Of a stretch of DNA of 64,000 bases, positions 1 to 11,000 are shown one piece after another; positions within the stretch are counted from its first letter, which is position 1; each line of letters opens with the position of its first letter. The position numbers and the translations under genes were made by a program. This DNA comes from a virus (lineage: Duplodnaviria > Caudoviricetes), in IMG/VR virus record IMGVR_UViG_3300031867_000005, positions 96,001-160,000 of that record, one strand, 5' to 3'. Under the pieces are notes generated by a model that saw only the letters and a program-made list of their open reading frames with translations, had not been told where the DNA came from and did not search any database.

Positions 1-413
1 AGGGACTTAGGACAACCGCATCAGGCTTGGATTCTCATGCCGAAGGAGCTGGTACAACCGCATCAGGCTTGGATTCTCATGCCGAGGGACTTAGGACAAC
101 TGCATCAGGTGATTATTCTCATGCTGAAGGAATTGGTACAACCGCATCATCTACACAACATGTTCAAGGACGAAACAATATTAAAGATGAAGCTGGCCAA
201 TATGCTTTTATTATAGGAAATGGAACGGATGATTCAAATCGTTCCAATGCATTTGCTGTTGATTGGAATGGATTAATTTACGTCAACAATGCACAAACCG
301 GTGTCGACGTGTCCAAAATGAAAACAATTTGGCAAGGGACTCAAGAAGAATATGATGAATTAACTTCAACAAATGAATATGACTTTTATTGTATTTATGA
401 GGAGGAAGATTAA
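1..413 (+). CDS. C-terminal part of a tail-fibre/adhesin-like protein with Hep_Hag (YadA head-like) SHAEG repeats; 5' end outside the window
   Basis: 42-bp/14-aa repeats DSHAEGxxTTASGx followed by AFIIGNGTDDSNRSNAFAVDWNG; ends TAA at 413. Confidence 0.75.
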   Translation, partial: GLRTTASGLDSHAEGAGTTASGLDSHAEGLRTTASGDYSHAEGIGTTASSTQHVQGRNNIKDEAGQYAFIIGNGTDDSNRSNAFAVDWNGLIYVNNAQTGVDVSKMKTIWQGTQEEYDELTSTNEYDFYCIYEEED

Positions 414-1987
414 TGATAATTAACCCAACAAATAATAAAAGAATTGCAATAATTAAAGATTCAAACGAGAAAGAAGTTAAAAAAACTTATGATAAAAATG
501 GAAATTTAATTTTTAAAAACTGGAATACACTTTAGGGAACTTCACCATTAAATTTTAAAAGTCGTAGTTTGACATTACAAGACTACCGGATTTATGGAAA
601 TACTGTGCAGAACGGCACTCCTGCTCCTGAAACTCCGGTTGAGGTTCAGGGAGTGGGGGAACAGACGGAAAATTTATTTGATAAAGATGTGGCGGTAGTA
701 TATAACGCTTATATAACAGGTGGTGGAAAATGGTATTACGCTAATGATTCCAGAAGTGTTAGGATTCGAGTTAAGCCAAACACGCAATACACACTTTCCA
801 CTGAGGGAACATACTCGATTTTTCGAATTATGGAAATACAATCAGATGATGTTCCAACTGAACAAAACAAATATCCCGAAATGCAAGGCATTGTTATCGT
901 GCGTGGCGAAGATCAATCACACTATACTTTTAAAACAAGTGAAAATGCAAAATATATTGTTTTTCAGTCAAATCTTTCCGTTGTAAATAAGTGGCTAAGC
1001 GAACTGATGCTTGTTGAGGGTGACTCTGTCAGAAGTGATTATATTCCCTACGGCTACAAAATTCCTGTGACGGTAAGCGGAGTGAATTTATTTGATTATA
1101 ACTGGCTGTGGACAAAAGAAAATGTGAAGCTAAACGACTATTTTAATTATATAACTATCGCCATGAAACCGAATACAGAATACACAATCAGCAATAATTA
1201 TAGAGTATTAAAATCGTCGGAGCGTATTGAAACAGCATTGATTGTCGTAAATTCAGAAACTGAAATCATCACAGCTAATGGTGGGGTGGATAGAATTAGA
1301 ACTGTTACAACAGCTTCTGATGGATTATTGAGAATTGCCTATAGAATACAACTAGCTAACGTAACTTATCAAGATATTGTTGTAAACAGGGACACCCTAG
1401 CTGATGGAACTTATTATATCCAGATCAATGAAGGCTCGTCCGCTTCGCCTTACGAACCCTATCACGAACCAATCACCACTTCCGTTTACGTTGGTTCAGA
1501 ACCTCTCCACAAAATCGGAGACTATGCGGATTATGTCGATTACAATCGTGGTGTGGTTGTGAGAAGGATTAAGAAGCTGGTGCTTACAGGGGAAGAACGA
1601 GTGACGCAGGATGGTATGACTAACACCGTGAATGTCCAACTTACAACGATATCGGCAACACTACAAGTAGTTTGCACACATTTTATGAGCACGCCCACGA
1701 TTCCAGCTGATGCATACAGATTTGGTTATGCGTTCATCAGACTCGATCTACAGAAGTTATATTTTGGAACAAGATTATTTGACGACGATTTCAAAACCTA
1801 CCTCGCCGCCCAATACTCCGCCGGAACTCCTGTGACAGTTTGGTATGTCCTTGCTACACCAGAAGAAGAACCGCTTGAAAACCTGTTGCCAATTTGGACA
1901 ATCAAAGGCTCTGACGTTCTCACAACTGAAACAACTGTTCAGCCGTCTAATATTTGGATAAAAGGAAAAATTAAAGCTATCAATTGA
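413..1987 (+). CDS. Tail/receptor-binding-associated protein (one in-frame TAG read as Gln)
   Basis: ATG at 413 overlaps the previous stop and is in frame with ORF 569-1987 through a TAG near 532; the GNTVQNGTPAPETPVEVQGVG and YEPY motifs resemble Firmicutes phage tail proteins. Confidence 0.65.
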
Positions 1988-2000
1988 AAGGATGATTTTT

Positions 2001-2035
2001 ATGGCAAAGGGAATTGATGTCAGTAAACATATTAA
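2001..2035 (+). pseudogene. Truncated start of a GH25 lysin (MAKGIDVSKH)
   Basis: RBS, then ATG GCA AAG GGA ATT GAT GTC AGT AAA CAT, after which the similarity is lost; matches the GIDISKH start of the intact lysin at 2612. Confidence 0.5.
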
Positions 2036-2089
2036 TTATAAGTACAAAAAATAATCTGTTCGCAGAAAATAAATGGGAGTTGTGAAAGT

Positions 2090-2293
2090 ATGCAGAACAA
2101 TGAAATAGCACAAGCATTCAAGACAGTTTTAGAGGAATTTGATATAAGAGATACACATTGTAAGGATACATACTACTATTGTCCAAATTGTAACAAATCG
2201 TTTGGTAATAAGGCAAATTTACTCGAAAAATATAGTGAAATGAAATTTTGCTTTAATTGTGGGTTAAAATTAGATTGGAACGGTATAAAATGA
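2090..2293 (+). CDS. Small Zn-ribbon protein
   Basis: CPNC...CFNCGxKLDW. Confidence 0.6.
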   Translation: MQNNEIAQAFKTVLEEFDIRDTHCKDTYYYCPNCNKSFGNKANLLEKYSEMKFCFNCGLKLDWNGIK

Positions 2294-2375
2294 AACAGAT
2301 TTTAGGTAGTATGTCCACTTGATTTTTGTCATCAATATTACGGTAAAAGTAGAAAATACAGAAAGGGTGCATAAA

Positions 2376-2597
2376 ATGAATAATTACAAAGATAATTATA
2401 TGAATATGGTCAATATTATAAGCCTAGTTTTAGGAATGATGAATTTATAGGAAAATTTGACTCAAGGAGATAAATAGGATATTATAGATGACTTAAATAA
2501 GAAATCTGAACTCCTATTAAATGAAATTCATCAACATCTAAAAAAATAGGACGAAAAAATTGATTTGATTTTAAAGAAAATAGAAAATATAAAATAA
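2376..2597 (+). CDS. Small coiled-coil, membrane-associated protein next to the lysin (3 in-frame TAG)
   Basis: RBS and ATG at 2376; frame is open to TAA 2597 if TAG is sense (LGMMNL*ENLTQGDK*DII...HLKK*DEKID). Confidence 0.6.
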
Positions 2598-2611
2598 AGG
2601 AGATGGTTTAT

Positions 2612-3373
2612 ATGAGTAATAAAACATTTGGAATTGATATATCCAAACATAATGGTTTAATCAATTGGGATGCGTTAAAAAACTCAAAAAAGGTAGACTA
2701 TGCAATTATTAGAGCTGGATATGGAAAGCTATTGTCTCAAAAAGATATAAATTTTGAAAGAAATTATTCAGAAGCAAAGAGAGTAGGAATTCCAGTAGGA
2801 TGCTATTGGTATTCTTATGCAAAAACAGTATCTGAAGCACAAACAGAAGCGAGAGTTTTCCTTAAAGCTATTGAAGGTAAACAATTTGAATATCCTGTTT
2901 ATTTAGATTTTGAAGAAGAATCTCAATTTAAACTTGGAAGAAGTACTTGTTCAGCTATGGCTAAAGCCTTTCTTGAAATTATAGAAAAGGCAGGATATTT
3001 TACTGGAATTTATTCAAGTAAGTCTGGGCTTGAAAATTATATTGATACAGATACTAGAAAAAAGTATTCAGTTTGGGTAGCTCATGTTAATGTAAATCAA
3101 ACTACATATTCAATGCCATTTGATATGTGGCAATTTACTTGGAAAGGAAAAATTGACGGAATTTCTGGTGATGTTGATTGTAATTATTGTTATAAGGATT
3201 TTTCCACTATTATCAAGAATGCTGGCTTAAATGGTTTTACAAAAGCATCTGGAACAGTAAAAGACAGCAATGTTATTATAAATAATGATAAAAAAGAAGA
3301 TAAAAAGGAAACAATAAAAATTACTTTAGAAATTGATGGAGTTAATTATACTGGAACTCTAGAAAAATCATAA
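2612..3373 (+). CDS. GH25 muramidase endolysin
   Basis: GIDISKHNG, IIRAGYG, YLDFEE, WQFTWKG, VDCN motifs. Confidence 0.9.
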   Translation: MSNKTFGIDISKHNGLINWDALKNSKKVDYAIIRAGYGKLLSQKDINFERNYSEAKRVGIPVGCYWYSYAKTVSEAQTEARVFLKAIEGKQFEYPVYLDFEEESQFKLGRSTCSAMAKAFLEIIEKAGYFTGIYSSKSGLENYIDTDTRKKYSVWVAHVNVNQTTYSMPFDMWQFTWKGKIDGISGDVDCNYCYKDFSTIIKNAGLNGFTKASGTVKDSNVIINNDKKEDKKETIKITLEIDGVNYTGTLEKS

Positions 3374-3419
3374 TTTGAAGTAAAAATTTGTGATTTTTTA
3401 AATTAGCAGATAACATATG

Positions 3420-3535
3420 TTAGGTAGTAGCGAAATAGGCACGTCTGTAAGAATAAGAAACTCCTAATTTCAGGCAGAGACTTAAATATCGTTCTTCTTA
3501 TGAAGTCGCTCCATTTATAGAAGTGGGACTCAAGT
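3420..3535 (+). mobile_element. Possible remnant 3' end of an IS200/IS605 tnpB-type element (omega-RNA-like)
   Basis: GC-richer intergenic stretch GGTAGTAGCGAA...GTAAGAATAAGA...GAAGTCGCTCCATTTATAGAAGTGGG resembles tnpB right ends as I recall them; no transposase is present. Confidence 0.35.
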
Positions 3536-3569
3536 AAAGATAGTAATATATAAAAAAAGAGGTGATAAA

Positions 3570-5858
3570 ATGGAGCTTACTAACAAAAAAATACTTTTTG
3601 AGAGAAAAGACGCTGGAGTTAATAGTAATATTCATCCTTATCTTGAAATAAATGCAAAAGAACATAAGGAAGAAATAAAAGAAGGCATTGAAATAAAAAG
3701 TGATAATATTTCTATTGTAGCTTCAACTAGAATAGGAGATTATGATTTAGATATAATTCACCCTCGTATTCCAGATTTAAACTGTTATGCTTTTAATTCT
3801 GAAAAGGTAGGAGATGGGAAAATTAATGCAGAAGATGCGTCTTTAATTCTTCAAATCGCAAGCACTGTAGCAAAAGATTGTCGAGGACATAACGTTGGTT
3901 TTTTAGAAATTAAAGATAAAAATATGAATGTTGTTTTTGAAAGGAAAATGGTTGATTTAGATAGACTTGAAGAAGATTGGGGAATTGATTTTACAAAAAG
4001 TCCATATGCTGAATATACTAAAATAATTGAACCTATTTTTAATAGAAAATAGACTTGGAGAGCAGATGCCAGTTGGAATAGTTTTGAAAATATTTTTCTT
4101 CCAATTACAATTCGTGATGCAATATTGGTAAATAATTATGCTGCTTATAGAGGAGCAGGTGAGCCATTAGTAATAAATTTTGAAGATACAAGCGAAAAAG
4201 ATTGGGGGAAATTTTTGAAATTAGTTGATGAAAGGGAGCTTTCTTTGAAAGCAGAAGTTATTCCCTTTTCTTATTTCTTTCCGGCTGTAATAGATATGTC
4301 CAAAATAACAAAAGAGGATTATGATATAATTAAAATAGCTTATGAATAGAAATAGAATGGAATCGCATTTGAAGATTGCATATTAGCTCAATATAAAGTT
4401 AATCCAAAATGGGAAGAACATTATAACAATGGAAATATATTAAAAACAAAAATCTATAATTTTGATTTAATAAAACATTTTCTAGGTCTTTGTGAAATGA
4501 AAACATTGATGAAACCGCAAGGATATTATACTGATGAAGATGGAAAACCTTATGGCACTCCTTAGGGATGGAAGGACTATATAGAAAGAGAATTTGGCAC
4601 ACTTTCTGCAATAAATATTGAAAATATAGAATTTATTTTTACTGATAAGGATAACTATTCAGAAAAATCAATTAGTCCTTTTGGCGAAAACAATCAAATA
4701 TCTTCAGTCATTAGTGATACATCTTATAATGTTAAAGGAGTTGGAGGAATAGAAATTATTTCAGAACTTGGTGGTAATGTCTAGAATACAGCTGAAAAGA
4801 ATGGAGAAATTAAGTTGTCTTTAAGTCAACTTCATGATTATTCTGAAGATTTAGGAGAATTGTTATCTCCTATAAATTATCAATTAGATATATCAGAAGA
4901 ATCAGGTTTACAAAGTCAATATTATCTTTATCCAGAAAGTCCCAGCTATTATTTCAGAGGGAAATATAATTATGAGTATGATGAAAATACCAATACTTTA
5001 ATATCATAGAATATAGAAATAAAAAACGATGATAAGGCTATCATTACAGTTAATATGCCTTCATTGCAATCTCAAATTACTAATGAAGTAGAAGTTATAG
5101 ACCCTTTGCCAAAATTAAGAAGTTTTTCATTATATGTAAAGAATAATAATAATGAATGGGTTACGCCTGGTGGAATCAATTAGCGACAAACTACTGGTAC
5201 AGATAACGCAGGAATACCTATTATGAAGCAAAATGATATTATTGGGAGACCTCTTTATCTTAATTCTGGTAATGAAAAAGGAATTATTTCTTATCATATA
5301 GACAGGTTAGGACGTTTTTCAAATGAACTAATTGAGTCAGGAAGATAGTATTATCATACAAATGAAACTCCTTTTAATCCTACCACAGAAGAATATTTAA
5401 AAATTGAATTAGCTTTTAATGGCATTCCAAATGAAGATTATAAATTGCCACAAGTTGATAATTATACTTCTAATAATTCAGAAATTTATTGGTCTTGTTA
5501 GTTAAATAATTTAAAATTAAATAATACCATTGAAATTATTGAAGCCGGACTTGAGAATGATATTGTTCCAAAAGAAGTCAGTCCAAAAGGATTTTATACG
5601 ACAACAGGAAGAGAAATCGTATTTTATTGTATTGTAAAAATAAAAGGAAATATTGATAATTCTCCTATAACACAAGAAGGTTCAATGTCTATAACAGATT
5701 ATTATGATTATTCATACAGAGACAATTTGTATTCATAGATTGCCTATCCTTTGGTATTTACTTTTAGACATGATACAGAAGAATCTCCTAATGGAGAAAT
5801 AATAAATTTTGGAGAAAAAATTTATATTGATTTATTACTATAGAAAAAGGAGGTGTGA
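3570..5858 (+). CDS. 762-aa putative virion protein with dockerin-like EF-hand motifs (multiple TAG read as Gln)
   Basis: ORFs 3570, 4125 and 4815 share one frame; I read it through TAG-only stops to TGA 5858; GDGKINAEDASLIL and a second TIRDAILVNNYAA half-repeat. Confidence 0.75.
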
Positions 5859-5864
5859 TTAGTA

Positions 5865-7064
5865 GTGTCATTAACTCCAGATAAGGTTGAAAAAATTAAT
5901 GGTGTTACTGTTAAATAGTATTTTTTGACTAAACATAATATAAATAAAATTTCAATGCCATCAATTGCTATGACAAAACCAATTGGGATAACCATTCATA
6001 ATATGGAATCTATTAATACAACTTCTAATATTTCTCCAGCAGAACAATATACTAATGCAACTATAAATGACAGTATGGGGACTATTAGAACACATTTTTA
6101 TATAGACGAACTTGGAGCGTGGCAAAATCTTCCTTTAAATTTAAGTGGCTGGCATGCAGCAGATGGAAATGGCGATGGTAATAAATTAACTATTTCTTTT
6201 GAAATAATAGGAAATTCACTTAAAGCAGAAATTAATGCAATTAAACTAGCAGCATATTTTTTAAAAAAGTATGGAAGAACAGTTGAAAATGGTCTTTTTA
6301 CTCATACTTATTGGTTCAATATAAAAGATGGGAAAAAAGGAGACATAGATTATTTGAATACTTTATATAATTCAAACAAAATTTGTCCAGCTTATATTAT
6401 TCCTCATTGGTCTACTTTCAAAGAAAAAGTAAAAGAAGAATTTGAAAAATTGCACGCTACAATTAACCAGAAAGATACTATATCTTCTTTACTTAATGAA
6501 AATCTTTATAGAATAAGAAAAAAATGGAATGAGCCAGAAACTGAGATAGGAGCTTATCCTTCTCTTGATATTGCAAAAAAAGAATTTAAAAAAGGCTATT
6601 TTATTTATGATTCCAAGGGAGTATAGATTTATCCAAATAAAATTTTAGAAAAAGAAAAGATTGATGTTTTTTATCGAGTATTTTCAAAAGACAGTTGGAC
6701 TCCAGAAATAAAAAATTTAGAAAATCATGCTGGTATCGAAAATAAAATAATGAGTGCTATTTCAATTAAGACTCTAAAAGGACAAATTCGTTATAGAGTG
6801 CATTAGTTCAATTCAAATTGGATGAATTGGATTTATGATTACAATATAAGTAATGTAATTACTGGATGTGCCGGCCTACCAGGAATTCCAATAGATGGAA
6901 TCTAGATTCAATATATTGGAGAAGATGGTTATGATGTAAGATACAGGGGCGCCGCACGAGGTCAAGATTATTATCAATGGGTATACGGAAAAGATTAGAA
7001 TAAGTTTGCCGGATATGCTGGGAAATATCTTGATAGACTTTAGATTGAAATTGTAAAGGAGTGA
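5865..7064 (+). CDS. N-acetylmuramoyl-L-alanine amidase (Amidase_2) with C-terminal cell-wall-binding region (TAG read as Gln)
   Basis: GTG start; ITIHN, HFYIDE, GWHAADG, HTYW, KICP motifs; frame continues through TAGs (IDGI*I, DRL*IEIV) to TGA 7064. Confidence 0.85.
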
Positions 7065-7069
7065 TTTAA

Positions 7070-7597
7070 GTGGGAAATTTGAGTGCTCATTTTAATGATT
7101 ATGAATTTGCTTGTAAATGTGGATGTGGAAGAAAAACAATTTCTAAGGATTTGATTAGTGGTCTTGAGAAAATTTTTTCTATAATGAATGCAAAAGCTAT
7201 TATTATAACTTCTGGTTTTCGCTGTCCATCCTATTCTGTTAAAATTGGTGGTTATAGTGATGATGCACATACTATTGGCATTGCTGCTGATATTAAGGTT
7301 AAGAAATAGGATGGAAGTTATTATACTCCAGAACAAGTTGCTGAGGCAGCAGAAAGAGCTGGTTTTGGTGGAATTGGTTTAATGAATACTGCTTGTCATG
7401 TAGATAGGAGAGATTTGGGCGGTTATAAAAACTCCCATTGGTTTGGAGATGAGAGAACTGGGAATAACAGGATTAGCACATTTCAGAAAGGAACTAACTT
7501 TGATAGTTACTCTATCAGCTCTTCTCAAACTTAGTCTTTTTCTCATGAGGTAAAAGTAACAATTGATGGTAAAGAAGTTTATAAAGGCATTATTTGA
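7070..7597 (+). CDS. Peptidase M15 (endolysin-type) (TAG read as Gln)
   Basis: HFNDYEFACKCGC, ITSGFRC, HTIGIAADI; the last Zn-ligand motif CHVD lies after the TAG at 7307; ends TGA 7597. Confidence 0.85.
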
Positions 7598-7713
7598 ATA
7601 GGTAATAATGGGGAAAATATTAAATATTTTCCCTTTTATTTTTACTTTTTGGTAGACTAAAATCTTGACTTTCTCAATGTTTTGAGATATAATAATGTTA
7701 AGGAGGGGTGAAA

Positions 7714-8037
7714 ATGTTAGAGCTTTTAGGTGCGTCTTCTAGTTCAGTGTTGGGTGGACTTGGGGCTTTGGCCGCAATTGTTAGTATAATTGTTGAAATA
7801 TCTAAAGCTTTTATTCCGAAAAAAATTCCCACTGCTTTAGTGACTTTAATTGTTTCTTTAGTGGTCTGTATCGCTTTTGTTCTTATATTTTTTGAAATTA
7901 CGGTAAAAGCTTTAGTGTTAGGATTTTTCATGAGTTTTATTGTTGCGTATACAAGTATGAATGGTTTTGATACGTTGACAAGTATATGGAAAAGATTTTA
8001 GATTATTGAAAAAGAAGGTGGTGAGAAAGATGAGTGA
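7714..8037 (+). CDS. Holin-like membrane protein (TAG near the C-terminus)
   Basis: Three hydrophobic segments, adjacent to lysins; TAG 7999 read through to TGA 8037. Confidence 0.6.
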
Positions 8038-11000
8038 AAATACCAATTGGTATAATAATCTAGATGAAACACAAAAGGAATATGTGAGAGGAATTTTTTC
8101 GAATAATACAAGTGGAGAAATGCCAGATGATGTTTTAAATAAGATGTCAAAAGAAGATTTTTGGAAGTATTTATTGGGTTATTTAAATGATAATCACCCA
8201 TTAAAAAATGATAATGATAGTTTTGTTGACGGTTCATTTGCTAAAGTTGTAGGTGAAAAAATTGATTATGAAGTTGAAAATAATAAGAATAGTTGGAATG
8301 ATTCTGTTTAGGATTTAATATATGGATTGAGAAAAATATTAGAAAATATAAAAAAATATAAAATAAATAATAATGGAAAAATTTGTGGAAGTGATGATTA
8401 GGAAATTACCTTTAAAACTTTTACTACAGAATTAGCAGCCTTTTTTGCAAAAGTGGGAAATGCAGTATATTCTCTTGATAGTATTCCATACGTAAGTCCA
8501 CCATAGAATTATTCTGGAGAAACTTATAAAGAAGTTAGAGGAAAAGACATAATTCCAGATGGAATAAAACTTAAAGAAGGAAAGTATTAGGAAACTAATA
8601 GTTTACAAAAAATTGATAATTCACAAGAGAATTCTGATAACTCACAAGAAAATTCTAATGATTCACAAGAAAATTCTAATGATTCACAAGAGAGTTCTAA
8701 TGATTCACAAGAAAATTCTGATAACTCACAAGAGAATTTTTGGGTAAATCTTTTGATGCCGAAATATTCAAAAGAAATTGAGGTCGAAGATTTAAATAGA
8801 AATTTTTGGGTTATTAGCCAAGTGCTTTCAGCATTATCTTGGTATTTATTTCAAGACGGTTTAAAAAATAATTTAAAAAATAATTTAGCTGATATAATTA
8901 ATGAACTAACTCAATTATGGGATAATGTCATACTTTTATGGGCGGCCCTAGCAAAAAATTTATAGAATGAAAATACTGATTTGATTCATTACGAAGTTTT
9001 ATATTTGAATTAGCCAAATAGTTATTCTCATACAATGAAGTTTGATAATTTTGAAAAAGAGGGAAGCTATTTTATAATTGATGAAGATAATGGGACGGCT
9101 GATATAAAATGGGATATTATACAAAAAGAATATGAACAGATAGTTTCTTTAAATCCTTCTTCAAATTTAGTAATCGCACCGGTCATTAGAATTGGAAATT
9201 ATAAGAAAAACTATTATAACTGTGAATACTGGCCGGGCTTGTCTTTTTATAGTAAAGGAACTAGACAATGGATTCATAAGGAATTTCTCGTTGATTCAAA
9301 TAGTGATAAAACTGAATATTATTCTGATTTTGTTGAACCCATATATAAAATATATGAAGAAAATGGGAAATATACTTATGACAATTAGATAATCCCAAAA
9401 AATGGAATTTATATTGATTTAAAAGCTCCTTCTTTACAAGAATAGACTGTAGCAATACATGAAAATGAGTTAAATTATGAGTATATAGAAAAACTTTCTA
9501 ATACTAAATTGAATAAAAAAGAAAAAGTCTATTATGGATTATTAAGAACAACTTTCAATTTCAATATGGAAAAAGAAACTACAATCATTGATGAAAGTGA
9601 AGAAGAAATTGAAAATTTAAAAAATATATAGCTTTAGATTGAAGATATTACTAGAACAAACGCTTATGGCGAGGATAGTAAAATTATATTAAATAATGTT
9701 GAAAATGGTATTTTAGTTAGTAATGATTTGTTCTTAGATTTTGAACACAATGAATATGGAACAAAAACAGAAGGAGATTTTGATACTAATATATTATTTA
9801 AAATTAAAAGGGCAGACAATGAAGAAGAAGAAGAAGAAGATTCTATTACAGAATATATTACAAAATATCGCTATCCCGGAACAGATAAATATTGGGCTTA
9901 GATAAATGTATATGCTAAAGAAAGAAATTCTAATGATGAATGGCAAGAATTATTACCGCCCGCAGCTTCTTCAGACGTTAATTTAACTACTTATAAAAAT
10001 GACCATTATTATTATTTAACTTCAAATAAGGATTTTACACCTTTTAACGGGCGAACACTTTAGGATGTATTAACTTATTATTTTGGAGAAGGCTCGGGAG
10101 TTGCCAATAATCATAATTTTTTTCATGTTGATAGTAATTTTTCAATGATTGATCCTGTTTTTAAAATAAAAATTATAGGAAAACTTAATAAATATCCAAT
10201 AATTCCTATGACAGAGACAGATGAATTATTAGAATTGGATGATTAGATTCCTGATGGGGCATTGAATACAAAATACTGGAGAGAATTTTTAGGTGATGAG
10301 GCAGATTTAATTGCAATTAATCGAATTGAAGAGGTTGATTTATCTGAATTAGAAATACAAGATATAGAAAATAGCCAATAGGATTTTTTGAGTTTTATGA
10401 AAACTTTTTCTTTCTATGATGAATCTGGTTTAAATTCAGAATGGAAATAGTTACCTGAACTTAAAAGTATTAATGTTAATTGCGATATTTATGATATAAC
10501 AAATTAGGGAATTGGTACATCATCTAGTCTTGATTTAACAAATCTTCAATATAATCTTAGTTTAGAGAAGCTTGCTTTTGTTACTAACTATATAGATGAT
10601 ACTGAATTGTCTATTCCAACTTATGGAATAAATGAAAAGCTAACTATTTAGCCACAGGAATTAATATTAAGGGGTAAATTTTTAATAAAAGAAAATATTA
10701 TTTCTGATGAAAAATATTCTGATAATTTGTCTCTTTTAAAACTTGATTTAACAGATTTCATTGGAGAAATAGATGAAGAAAGTTTTTATGGGAATAATAG
10801 TCTATATGAAGTAAAAATGCCTAGCAATAAAAAAGGGAATTCAATTTTTGGAATAAATGTATTTGACGTTGATGATGACTCTGCCTCATAGATTGAAGAA
10901 TTAAATATATATCCAAAAACGACAATAGTAGTAAATGATACTTCCACTTTTGGAGATAATAGATTATATAAAAAAATTATTATTTATTATAATACTTTAA

